From IMG/VR virus record IMGVR_UViG_3300049188_000051: 41,676 nt of DNA; one strand, written 5' to 3'. A program made the translations under genes and the position numbers. The notes under the pieces are model-generated. The model was given only the letters and a program-made list of their open reading frames with translations. It was not told the origin of the DNA and ran no database searches. Source of the DNA: a virus. Each line of letters starts with the position of its first letter. Position 1 is the stretch's first letter. Below are positions 6,933 through 14,330 of the stretch, in pieces.

Positions 6933-7183
6933 AGCGAGAACGCCCTTTCCGGCTGCTCCAGCTCCGGCAGCCGATCAGTCACGACACAGTGCGCTGCTTG
7001 CGCAAACTGCTGGCCGAGGCCGAGGCCGGCAAGATCATCGGCATCAGCTACGCGGCCATGGCGGCCAACCGAGACTTTTTCTACAGCTCTTGCGGCGAGG
7101 CCCATCGGAACCCAGCCTGGGCCACAGCGATGGCGGCGACGCTTTTTCACGGCACCTTGAAGCGAGTCTTTGGCGAGGAATGA
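6929..7183 (+). CDS. Unknown 84-aa protein co-transcribed with the repressor
   Basis: MKRERPFRLLQL... with GGGAGGG 7 nt upstream. ATGA overlaps with cI (6929-6932) and with the HNH gene (7180-7183). Confidence 0.6.
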   Translation: MKRERPFRLLQLRQPISHDTVRCLRKLLAEAEAGKIIGISYAAMAANRDFFYSSCGEAHRNPAWATAMAATLFHGTLKRVFGEE

Positions 7184-7375
7184 AGACCTGCCCGGCCACC
7201 GGTGCGCCACAGGACGCTTGCCCAGGCTGGCAGGTCGACCATGTCACGCCGCTGAAGTGCGGTGACGCCGACGCGTCGGCCAACATAGTGGCTCACCGTC
7301 CAGGACCATAAGCTGAAGACCAAGCGAGAGGCCCGCTTGTGTCGACGACCTAGGCACCCTTCCGAAGCCCCCTGA
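7180..7375 (+). pseudogene. Small HNH (His-Me finger) endonuclease gene interrupted by a frameshift near 7285-7291
   Basis: Frame 0: MKTCPATGAPQDACPGWQVDHVTPLKCGDADASAN-IVAHRPGP*, stop 7309-7311. The +1 frame from TGG 7289 reads WLTVQDHKLKTKREARLC..., stop 7373-7375. This continues the expected DH..PL..GG.D...N(MQ)WQT..EAKAKD pattern. Confidence 0.6.
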
Positions 7376-7400
7376 AGCCCGCCCCGAGCGGGCTTCTTCT
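7374..7400 (+). terminator. Rho-independent terminator closing the repressor operon
   Basis: 9-bp stem GAAGCCCGC (7374-7382) / GCGGGCTTC (7388-7396), loop cccga, followed by ttct. Confidence 0.6.
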
Positions 7401-7408
7401 TGCTCGCA

Positions 7409-7475
7409 ATACGCATAAGTATTTTCCCTATGCGTATGCATTTCGCTTGCGCATCACGTATGCGTGTCGCATACT
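7409..7475 (+). promoter_or_regulatory. OL-like operator/promoter region for the plus-strand early operon
   Basis: ATACGCATA (7409-7417) / TATGCGTAT (7429-7437) 9-bp inverted repeat. 17-bp GTATGCGTGTCGCATAC at 7458-7474. Candidate -35 TTGCGC 7447-7452, 17-nt spacer, -10 CATACT 7470-7475. Confidence 0.55.
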
Positions 7476-7523
7476 TGCCCCAAGCCCAAGACAACACCAG
7501 CACGGTGGGGCGGGGAGAGCGAG

Positions 7524-7877
7524 ATGGCACAGCACACGGAAGCCTGCGGCACCAACGCCAACGGCCACGCCCGGGACTTCCGCGCCCTGGTGGCGTCAGG
7601 CCAGGACAAGCCGCTGCCGATCTACCTGATGGACGGCACGGCGCGGATGCTGCCGGTGTCGGAACTGCTGGGCGAGCCGCACAAGGACGCGCAGCGCCTG
7701 TTGCTGCGCGCCTGCCACGAGGCCGAGGCGGGCAACGCTGTGATGGCCGTGTCGCTGCTGAAGGCCTTCACGCAGGAGATGGCGTCGCAATACGGTGTCA
7801 GCACGGCCGAGGCGCTGGAGCTGATCGCCGACCCGGATGACGAGGAAGCGCTGCCGGCGTACCGGAGGGCGGCATGA
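7524..7877 (+). CDS. First early-operon protein, unknown (117 aa)
   Basis: MAQHTEACG... with GGGGAGAG upstream, inside track ORF 7464..7877. Confidence 0.6.
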   Translation: MAQHTEACGTNANGHARDFRALVASGQDKPLPIYLMDGTARMLPVSELLGEPHKDAQRLLLRACHEAEAGNAVMAVSLLKAFTQEMASQYGVSTAEALELIADPDDEEALPAYRRAA

Positions 7878-8137
7878 ACATCCGTCCCTGGCACGACGAG
7901 ACGACGCTGCCGCTGCCCTTGCTGGGCGCGCAGCATCAGCACCAGTTCGCGCAGACCGAGGCGGCGGTGTACGTGCCTGCCGAAGCGGCCCAGGCCTGCA
8001 CGGAGCTGGGCGTGGAAAGCGCCATGCGTGCGCAGGCCCGCAGCTTTACCCGCCTGAAGCGCTGGCTGCCGCTGGTGCTGGGCCTGGCCGTGGCCATCGG
8101 CGCGACGCTCTACCTGACGGCGGCCGGCCATGCGTGA
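7874..8137 (+). CDS. Unknown protein with a C-terminal TM helix (87 aa)
   Basis: Track ORF. ATGA overlap with the upstream gene. WLPLVLGLAVAIGATLYLTAAG is hydrophobic. Confidence 0.6.
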   Translation: MNIRPWHDETTLPLPLLGAQHQHQFAQTEAAVYVPAEAAQACTELGVESAMRAQARSFTRLKRWLPLVLGLAVAIGATLYLTAAGHA

Positions 8138-8273
8138 GCCCCTCGTCCTCCTCGGCCTGCCGCTGGAGCAGCGCGCCGTCGAGCAGCCCGGCCGCTTCTT
8201 CACGGCCTGCGCCGTGGCCTTCGTGTGCGCCTGCTACGTGCTGGGCGCCATCTTCGACAACGGGAGCATTTGA
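8130..8273 (+). CDS. Possible small membrane peptide (47 aa, below track cutoff)
   Basis: Hand translation MREPLVLLGLPLEQRAVEQPGRFFTACAVAFVCACYVLGAIFDNGSI. It fills the gap between 8137 and 8277, and its ATG overlaps the upstream 3' end by 8 nt. Confidence 0.4.
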   Translation: MREPLVLLGLPLEQRAVEQPGRFFTACAVAFVCACYVLGAIFDNGSI

Positions 8274-8276
8274 ACC

Positions 8277-8630
8277 ATGAAGATCGACATCAAGGACTGC
8301 GCCCTGCAGATCGACATCCCGTCGCTGCTGGAGTCGCTGAGCGGCGAAGCGCTGCACACCCTGATTGCTTCGCTGGCGTGCCAGGAAGAAGTCATCCGCC
8401 GCGTCAGCGAACAGATCCTGCACGGCGTCACCGAAGACGGCTGGGGCGGGTTGGTCGGAGGCGTTGAGTACCGCTATCCGAACGCCATCATGACTGCGCG
8501 CCGCTACCTCGCCATGAACGCCAGCGAAGTCGCGGCACGGGAGATCAAGCTGATGCAGGAAGGCATCGATCGACTGAACAGCCGCATCGATAGCCTGCAG
8601 TCGGAACTCGCCAATCGGAGGCCGCTGTGA
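8277..8630 (+). CDS. Unknown protein with a C-terminal coiled coil (117 aa)
   Basis: Track ORF. Stop overlaps the next start (GTGA). Confidence 0.6.
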   Translation: MKIDIKDCALQIDIPSLLESLSGEALHTLIASLACQEEVIRRVSEQILHGVTEDGWGGLVGGVEYRYPNAIMTARRYLAMNASEVAAREIKLMQEGIDRLNSRIDSLQSELANRRPL

Positions 8631-9487
8631 ACGCACGCATCCCCGCCCTGCTGGGCCTCGTCCGCGGCCTGCCCGCGGCAACCTACCACGCCGACCCGGA
8701 CAGCGTCAGCAACGGCATGTTGACGGCGATGAACGACTCGCCTGCCCACTGCCACGCGCTGTATCTCGACCCGCAGCGGCCGGCGCGCGAATCCACCGAC
8801 GCGCAGACGCTGGGCACGCTGGCGCACACCTTCATCCTGGAACCGGACACCGTGGCCACGCGCTACGCCTTCAAGCCCCGCGGCATGAACTTCGCGACGA
8901 AGGAAGGCAAGGCCTGGCGCGACGAGCAGACGCGCGAGATCGTCAGCCAGGACAACGCCGACGCCGCCGGCGCCATGGTGGCCGCGGTCAAGCGCGTGCG
9001 CGTGCTGTCCGACCTGCTGGCCAGCGGCGAGGCTGAGACGTCCGTGTTCAGCATCGACCCCGTGACCGGCCTGCGCCGTCGCACGCGCCCCGACTGGCTG
9101 CACTGGACCGGCAAGGATCGCTGCGTGGCGCTGGACATCAAGACCATCCACGAGCTGACGCCCGACGCCGTGCAGCGCGCCATCGGCACCTACGCCTACC
9201 ACCGCCAGGCGGCCCACTACACCGCGGCGCTGCAGGAGAACGGCATCGACGTCGAGGCCTTCGTCTTCGGCTTCGTCAGCAGCACCTACCCCTACATCGC
9301 CTGCGCCTACGTGCTGGACGACGAGACGGCGGCCCTGGGCCGCGACGAGGTCGCCGAGCTGATGGACCGGTTCGCGACCTGCAAGCGCGAGGGCTTCTGG
9401 CCGGCGCTGGGCGACGGCTACCAGCTCACCGGCCTGCCGACCTGGGCGAAGCGCGGCTCGGAAGTCGAAGTGGAGATCGTGCAATGA
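8627..9487 (+). CDS. PD-(D/E)XK exonuclease, RecE C-terminal/DUF3799-like (286 aa)
   Basis: Track ORF. RPDWLHWTGKDRCVALDIKT ... YAYHRQAAHY matches the D...D-x-K plus Q..Y pattern of RecE-like/PDDEXK recombination exonucleases. Confidence 0.65.
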   Translation: MNARIPALLGLVRGLPAATYHADPDSVSNGMLTAMNDSPAHCHALYLDPQRPARESTDAQTLGTLAHTFILEPDTVATRYAFKPRGMNFATKEGKAWRDEQTREIVSQDNADAAGAMVAAVKRVRVLSDLLASGEAETSVFSIDPVTGLRRRTRPDWLHWTGKDRCVALDIKTIHELTPDAVQRAIGTYAYHRQAAHYTAALQENGIDVEAFVFGFVSSTYPYIACAYVLDDETAALGRDEVAELMDRFATCKREGFWPALGDGYQLTGLPTWAKRGSEVEVEIVQ

Positions 9488-10236
9488 ACGTCCGCATCGA
9501 AGACCTGCGCTCGACGACCGTCCCCAAGAGCACGCAGCTCAACGCCGACCAGCTCATCGTCGGCCCGATGGACCTAACCATCACCGACGTGCGCATCGGC
9601 CCTGACGAGAAGCAGCCCATCGCCGTGCACTACGAGAACGAGGCCGGCCGCCCGTTCCTGCCGTGCCTGACCATGCGCCGCGTGCTGCTGGCCGCCTGGG
9701 GACACGACGGCCGCGAGTGGATCGGCAAGAGCCTGCGTGTGTTCCACGACCCGCAGGTCCGATTCGGCGGCGAGGACGTAGGCGGCGTGCGAATCAGCCA
9801 CATGACCGACATCCCCGGCAAGCGCATCGAGCTGAAGCTGACGGCCACGCGCGGCAAGAAGGTGCTCTACACCATCGAGCGCATGGAGACGCAGCAGAGC
9901 GGGCCGACGGTCGCGCATGTGCTGCAGCTGATCGCCTGCGCGGCGAACAACGCCGACATGAAGGCGGCGAAGGCGGCGGCCGAGACGCTGCGCTCGCCGG
10001 CCGACATCGAGCAGGCGCTAGCTGCCTACAAGGCGCGCGTGATCGAGCTGAAGGCCAAGGCTGCGCCGGCATCCGCGCCAGCCGCCAAGACCATCGAGCA
10101 GTGGGGCGAGGAGATCGAGAACGCCACCGACGCCCAGGCCGCGCAGTCTGTGCTGGACGCCGCGCGCGCCGCGGTGGCCGACGCCGCCGACTTCGCTCTG
10201 CTGCAGCAAACCTTCGACATGGCCTGGAGCGCCTAA
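9484..10236 (+). CDS. Unknown protein coupled to the exonuclease (250 aa); annealase/SSB role is only positional
   Basis: Track ORF. ATGA overlap with the exonuclease gene. I recognise no RecT/ERF/Rad52 motif. Confidence 0.5.
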   Translation: MNVRIEDLRSTTVPKSTQLNADQLIVGPMDLTITDVRIGPDEKQPIAVHYENEAGRPFLPCLTMRRVLLAAWGHDGREWIGKSLRVFHDPQVRFGGEDVGGVRISHMTDIPGKRIELKLTATRGKKVLYTIERMETQQSGPTVAHVLQLIACAANNADMKAAKAAAETLRSPADIEQALAAYKARVIELKAKAAPASAPAAKTIEQWGEEIENATDAQAAQSVLDAARAAVADAADFALLQQTFDMAWSA

Positions 10237-10240
10237 CACC

Positions 10241-10450
10241 ATGACCACCCGCATCTACCTCGTGACCGACAAGTCCACCAACAAGCCGCGCCTGGTGCGC
10301 GCCGGACATCCGGCACCTGCTCTGCGCCATGTCGCTGATGCCGCGTTCACGGTGCGCGTGGCCAGCCAGGACGATCTGCTGAAGGCCATCGAGGCCGGCG
10401 TGAAGGTCGAGAGCATCGCGGCCGAGCAGCAGGAGCTGCCGGCCACCTGA
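10241..10450 (+). CDS. Unknown small protein (69 aa)
   Basis: Track ORF MTTRIYLVTDKSTNKPRLVRAGHPAPALRHV... Confidence 0.6.
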   Translation: MTTRIYLVTDKSTNKPRLVRAGHPAPALRHVADAAFTVRVASQDDLLKAIEAGVKVESIAAEQQELPAT

Positions 10451-10501
10451 CCCCTTGTCTCCGCGCCGCCTGGTCCTCCCTCCCTACGGGCGTGCGCCTT
10501 C

Positions 10502-10531
10502 GGTCCCGGCTTCGGCCGGGGCCCTTTTCTT
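10502..10531 (+). terminator. Rho-independent terminator
   Basis: Stem GGTCCCGGC / GCCGGGGCC around a ttcg loop (core 10505-10520), followed by CTTTTCTT. Confidence 0.6.
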
Positions 10532-10555
10532 CCCCACCACCGGAGCACACCGCCC

Positions 10556-11203
10556 ATGCTTGAGATCACCGAATTCACCGAAGCCAAGCTCTCGGTACAG
10601 AACCGCACTGAGAAGCACGGAGACGAGGACGTCCCCGCCGTCACGCTCGGACTGGAGATCACAGCCGCTAACACGCTGCTCGACCTGATCGACCCAGCGT
10701 TGCGTCACTGCCTGTACAAGGCAGTCGACGACGGTCAGCAGGCCGATCTGCCCGACGTCGAGCCGTCCACGCCCGTCCTGCGCACGAACTGCGTGGACAT
10801 CGTGAAGCTGACGACCGTGCACGAGGGCTGGCGGCTGCTGGTGGACGACGGCATCGACGAGACCACGCCGATGGAGTTTGCGCGCGGCAAGGTCGACAAG
10901 GTCACTGTGGACGCCAAGCAGGGCGGCAGCATCGTCCTGAAGATGAAGTTCGGCACCAGCGATGTCGACGCGGACCGCCTGGGCAAGCTGGGCATGCACA
11001 ACGGCCAGTCGGTGTGGATCCAGTTGCTGAAGCCTCTACCGAAGGAGGAAGCCATCGACGGCAGCGTCGAGGCGTTCGAGCGCGACACCGCCACGGGCAA
11101 CGAAGCCGGCGACCTATTCGCACGGGAGCACGGCGGCGCTGTCGATGAAGACCAGCCGCCCGAGTTCGTTGACAGCGTGGAACCGGCTGACGAACCGGCC
11201 TAA
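10556..11203 (+). CDS. Unknown protein with an acidic C-terminal tail (215 aa)
   Basis: Track ORF. GGAG lies 10 nt upstream. C-terminus DEDQPPEFVDSVEPADEPA. Confidence 0.6.
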   Translation: MLEITEFTEAKLSVQNRTEKHGDEDVPAVTLGLEITAANTLLDLIDPALRHCLYKAVDDGQQADLPDVEPSTPVLRTNCVDIVKLTTVHEGWRLLVDDGIDETTPMEFARGKVDKVTVDAKQGGSIVLKMKFGTSDVDADRLGKLGMHNGQSVWIQLLKPLPKEEAIDGSVEAFERDTATGNEAGDLFAREHGGAVDEDQPPEFVDSVEPADEPA

Positions 11204-11207
11204 AGCC

Positions 11208-11762
11208 ATGACCAAGCGGAAACACATTCCGATCCTGAGTCCCAACGTCGAGACGCGCCCCGTCGTCGGCTATGAAGGCTTGTACGAGGTCACGGCTGAT
11301 GGCCGTGTGTGGAGCGTTGCCAAGCCGCACCAGCATGGCGGACAGTGGCTCGCCGCCACCGTCGGCAAGCGTGGCTATCCAAAGGTCGAACTGCTCAAGG
11401 GTGGCGTGCAGAAGACCTACACGGTGCATCGTCTGGTCGCCGAAGCGTGGCTGCCGAATCCCGATGGTCTGGGCGACGTGAACCACATCAGCGGCATCAA
11501 GACCGATTGCCGGGCGGAAAACTTGGAGTGGTGCACTCGTGCTCAGAACTGCCAGCACGCCTACGACGCGGGTCTGCGTCGGGCTGGATCGCTGAGCGAT
11601 GAAGAGGTCGCAACGATTCGCCAGCTGGCAAGCGCGGGCACGAAGCAGCGGGACTTGGCTGCGCGCTTCGGCGTCAGCGCTGCGCTGATCTGCGAAATCG
11701 TCTCACACAAGATCTATCGGCAAACGACCCGTGCCGCCGAGCTGGAAGCCGAGGAGCGCTGA
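11208..11762 (+). CDS. Free-standing homing-type endonuclease, NUMOD4 plus HNH_3 (184 aa)
   Basis: Internal ATG of track ORF 11145..11762. VVGYEGLYEVTADGRVWS is NUMOD4-like. VHRLVAEAWLPNPDGLGDVNHISGIKTDCRAENLEWCTRAQN is HNH-like. A C-terminal HTH follows (QRDLAARFGVSAALICEIV). Confidence 0.8.
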   Translation: MTKRKHIPILSPNVETRPVVGYEGLYEVTADGRVWSVAKPHQHGGQWLAATVGKRGYPKVELLKGGVQKTYTVHRLVAEAWLPNPDGLGDVNHISGIKTDCRAENLEWCTRAQNCQHAYDAGLRRAGSLSDEEVATIRQLASAGTKQRDLAARFGVSAALICEIVSHKIYRQTTRAAELEAEER

Positions 11763-11768
11763 GACCCT

Positions 11769-11785
11769 GCGGGCATAGCGCCCGC
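11769..11785 (+). terminator. GC hairpin after the HNH gene (weak terminator or attenuator)
   Basis: GCGGGC-atagc-GCCCGC. No T-tract. Confidence 0.3.
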
Positions 11786-11824
11786 ATGCCTCAGCCCTCA
11801 CCGCACCTCACGGAGCGCCACACC

Positions 11825-12055
11825 ATGTTCTTCCCCCTCGGCCCCCTCGCTGCATTCCCCATCGAACAGCCTGCGAACACGCAGGCGGCCAACGATGCCC
11901 GCTACCGCTGGATGCGCGCCGCTTGGCTGGAGGGGGTCGAAGACGGCACCGACCCGGTTGCGCAGCAGGCCATCGGCATGTGCCAAACCGAAGACGAGAT
12001 TGACGCCGTCATTGATGCGCAGATCGCGGCCGGCAACTGGCCGGTGCGGCCCTGA
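11825..12055 (+). CDS. Unknown protein (76 aa)
   Basis: MFFPLGPLAAF... with GGAG 9 nt upstream, inside track ORF 11786..12055. Confidence 0.55.
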   Translation: MFFPLGPLAAFPIEQPANTQAANDARYRWMRAAWLEGVEDGTDPVAQQAIGMCQTEDEIDAVIDAQIAAGNWPVRP

Positions 12056-12078
12056 GTTCCGCTACTTGAGCGACGAGT

Positions 12079-12432
12079 ATGAAACCTGAAGACCTGAAGA
12101 TCGGCGGCCGGTACAACTGGCGCTATCAACCCGAGCGGCTGACCTACATGGGCACCCGCCATTACCCCGGCGACCGCCGCCGCTGGCATCAGTTCGCACT
12201 GGTTGAAAAGCCGGGCGTGTGCTGGTCCGAAGTGCTTGACGGCGATCTCGTCAGCTTCGAGGAATCCGCTCCCAGCGGTGGGCCTGCCGAGCCGGCTGCG
12301 TGGCTCTACGAGTCGTGGGTTCAAGACCAGGGCGAAGGCGGTGACCACAGGTGGGAGCCGCAGTCGTCGCCCTACAAGCCCGAAGAGAGCGAGTGGACTC
12401 GCAACATCCGCCCGCTTTACCTGCGGCCCTGA
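12079..12432 (+). CDS. Unknown protein (117 aa)
   Basis: Track ORF. Confidence 0.6.
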   Translation: MKPEDLKIGGRYNWRYQPERLTYMGTRHYPGDRRRWHQFALVEKPGVCWSEVLDGDLVSFEESAPSGGPAEPAAWLYESWVQDQGEGGDHRWEPQSSPYKPEESEWTRNIRPLYLRP

Positions 12433-12459
12433 CTTTCCGATCCCCTGGAACTGAACATC

Positions 12460-12849
12460 ATGTACGGCGAATGCGAACCGACCCCGGAAGAGTGGGCCGA
12501 GCAACTGAAGCAACAAGCGGAGTGGCGTGAGACGTATAGCGGCCCTGGGTGCGCGCGCGTCACGGCACCCGCGCCGGCCGCAAAGCCTGTTGCCGCCGCT
12601 CCGATGACCAAGACCAAGTGCCGCGCGTGCGAGCGCCTGTTCTTCGTCGTCCATCAGGAGACCGGCTACTGCGAAGAGTGCATGGGGCACCACATCGCCA
12701 GCGCAGCCGCCCGCGAAGCGTGGATCGCCCGAGGTCGTCCGATGCGGCCCGACAAGCCGCGCCGCGTCAGCTACGGCATTGCCGTGGACCGCGCCTACTT
12801 CGACGACATGCGCGAATGCGACTTCGACCCCGACATCGGCGACCGCTGA
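12460..12849 (+). CDS. Unknown protein with a CxxC...CxxC Zn-ribbon (129 aa)
   Basis: Track ORF. KCRACERLFFVVHQETGYCEEC. Confidence 0.6.
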   Translation: MYGECEPTPEEWAEQLKQQAEWRETYSGPGCARVTAPAPAAKPVAAAPMTKTKCRACERLFFVVHQETGYCEECMGHHIASAAAREAWIARGRPMRPDKPRRVSYGIAVDRAYFDDMRECDFDPDIGDR

Positions 12850-12871
12850 TTTCGATACCTAGAACTGACGT

Positions 12872-13393
12872 ATGACAACCAACGTTGACACCTGCCCCTG
12901 CCCCAACATCGGCGCCTGCGACGGCTTCTGCGCGCCATACGTGGGCCAGAAGTCGGACCCTGCGGCTCAGCCAGTGCTGTTCGACCTGACCGAAGCGCGC
13001 ACCATCGTGGCCGACGCGATCCGCCACCTTCGCGCCGCGCACGTCCCTGTTCCGCGCTTGGAGGTGCTGGCCGAGTCCTTCCTGAAGGCGACCCATGCGG
13101 CAGCCAAGGGCGACGAACTGTGGGACCAGACGCTGCGCGAGCGCGACCGGTATCACGAGGTCGCCGACGACCTGGCCCAGGCCATCGCCAAGCACCTTGA
13201 CGTGGACATCGGCGAGCACTCCAGCGCGAATTGCCCGTGGGACGAGGCACTCGAAGCAATTGCCCAGGCACCAGCCGTAGTTGAGACGGCAAGAGCTGCG
13301 GCCCTGGAACAGGCTGCACAGGTGGGGTTTCACGCCGCGCACAACGGCATTCAAGTGGCCGCCGCCATCCGCGCCCTGAAAGCCGTTACCTAA
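12872..13393 (+). CDS. Unknown protein with a Cys-rich N-terminus (173 aa)
   Basis: Track ORF. Confidence 0.6.
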   Translation: MTTNVDTCPCPNIGACDGFCAPYVGQKSDPAAQPVLFDLTEARTIVADAIRHLRAAHVPVPRLEVLAESFLKATHAAAKGDELWDQTLRERDRYHEVADDLAQAIAKHLDVDIGEHSSANCPWDEALEAIAQAPAVVETARAAALEQAAQVGFHAAHNGIQVAAAIRALKAVT

Positions 13394-13435
13394 GCCTCGC
13401 CCATCACTTTCCTCAACCGCCTGAAAGGCACACCC

Positions 13436-13858
13436 ATGACCGAAGCCCAAGCGCCCGCCGCCCCCGTCGATGAACTCGACGAGGCTGTTCCGTTCCGCCA
13501 GCTCGACGACCACAAGGTCAACCCGGCGAACGACCTCATCAAGATCGAGGTCATCGACGAGCCCGGCAGCGGCGGCGCCAACCACGCCTATCAAGTCAGC
13601 GGCTACGACTGCTGCGGCCTGGACGGCACGCTGATCACCTTCCAGAACGGCCCGATCAACGAGGTGGGCGTGAACGGCCTCACCCATGAGGCGCTGCTGG
13701 CCATCGTCGCGGATCGCCTGCGCAGCTTCCAGAAGGGGCCGTTCGCCACGCGCTACAACGCCCTGGCGCTGACCCACATCGAGGAGGCGCAGAACTGGCT
13801 GAACCGTCGCACGCTGGAGCGCATGCGCCGCGGCGTCGAAGGCACGCACAAGGTCTGA
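13436..13858 (+). CDS. Conserved phage protein with a C-terminal helical hairpin ending RGVEGT; possible Acb2-like cyclic-oligonucleotide sponge (140 aa)
   Basis: Track ORF. FQNGPINEVGVNGLTHEALLAIVADRLRSFQKGPFATRYNALALTHIEEAQNWLNRRTLERMRRGVEGTHKV. The family assignment is from memory of the Acb2/Tad1-type hairpin and is unverified. Confidence 0.4.
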   Translation: MTEAQAPAAPVDELDEAVPFRQLDDHKVNPANDLIKIEVIDEPGSGGANHAYQVSGYDCCGLDGTLITFQNGPINEVGVNGLTHEALLAIVADRLRSFQKGPFATRYNALALTHIEEAQNWLNRRTLERMRRGVEGTHKV

Positions 13859-13873
13859 TCGAGCGCTGACCGC

Positions 13874-13889
13874 GCCCGGTTCGCCGGGC
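13874..13889 (+). terminator. GC hairpin downstream of 13436..13858 (weak terminator or attenuator)
   Basis: GCCCGG-ttcg-CCGGGC. Only a weak T-tract follows. Confidence 0.3.
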
Positions 13890-13924
13890 ATCACTCAACG
13901 CTTTCCCATGTACCGACTGTGCCC

Positions 13925-14308
13925 ATGAACAACGACCTCGATCCCATCGTCGGCCACAAGACCTTCAACGACGGCGCTGGCGGCCACCGCCACGAACCGC
14001 TGCGGCGAAGCGAGGCTGACGCGATCCTCGCCTCCGTCGAAGCCGCGAAGGCCAAGCGCGCTGCCGACATGCCCACCGAAGAAGACGCTGTGCGAGCCAT
14101 GTGGGACGCGTGGTATCGCCTGAAGGAACTCGGGTGGAGGGAGACCATGTATGCACCGACGAACGAGTCCGTGCGCCTCATTGAGGCCGGTAGCGCCGGC
14201 ATCCACCGCGGCTCCCGCCACGACCCGTGGCCCGAGAAGACGTGGTGGATCGAGAGCAGTGACGACCTGTGGCCGAGCACGCCGTGCTTGTGGAAGCCGC
14301 TCGCCTGA
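13925..14308 (+). CDS. Unknown protein (127 aa)
   Basis: Track ORF 13919..14308 (GTG). ATG 13925 is the more likely start. Confidence 0.55.
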   Translation: MNNDLDPIVGHKTFNDGAGGHRHEPLRRSEADAILASVEAAKAKRAADMPTEEDAVRAMWDAWYRLKELGWRETMYAPTNESVRLIEAGSAGIHRGSRHDPWPEKTWWIESSDDLWPSTPCLWKPLA

Positions 14309-14330
14309 CTCCAATACCCCGAACTCGCAC

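Noticed and set aside
12767-13894. 375-aa minus-strand ORF
   Set aside because: It is antisense to three well-spaced plus-strand early genes that have their own starts. The sequence is low-complexity.
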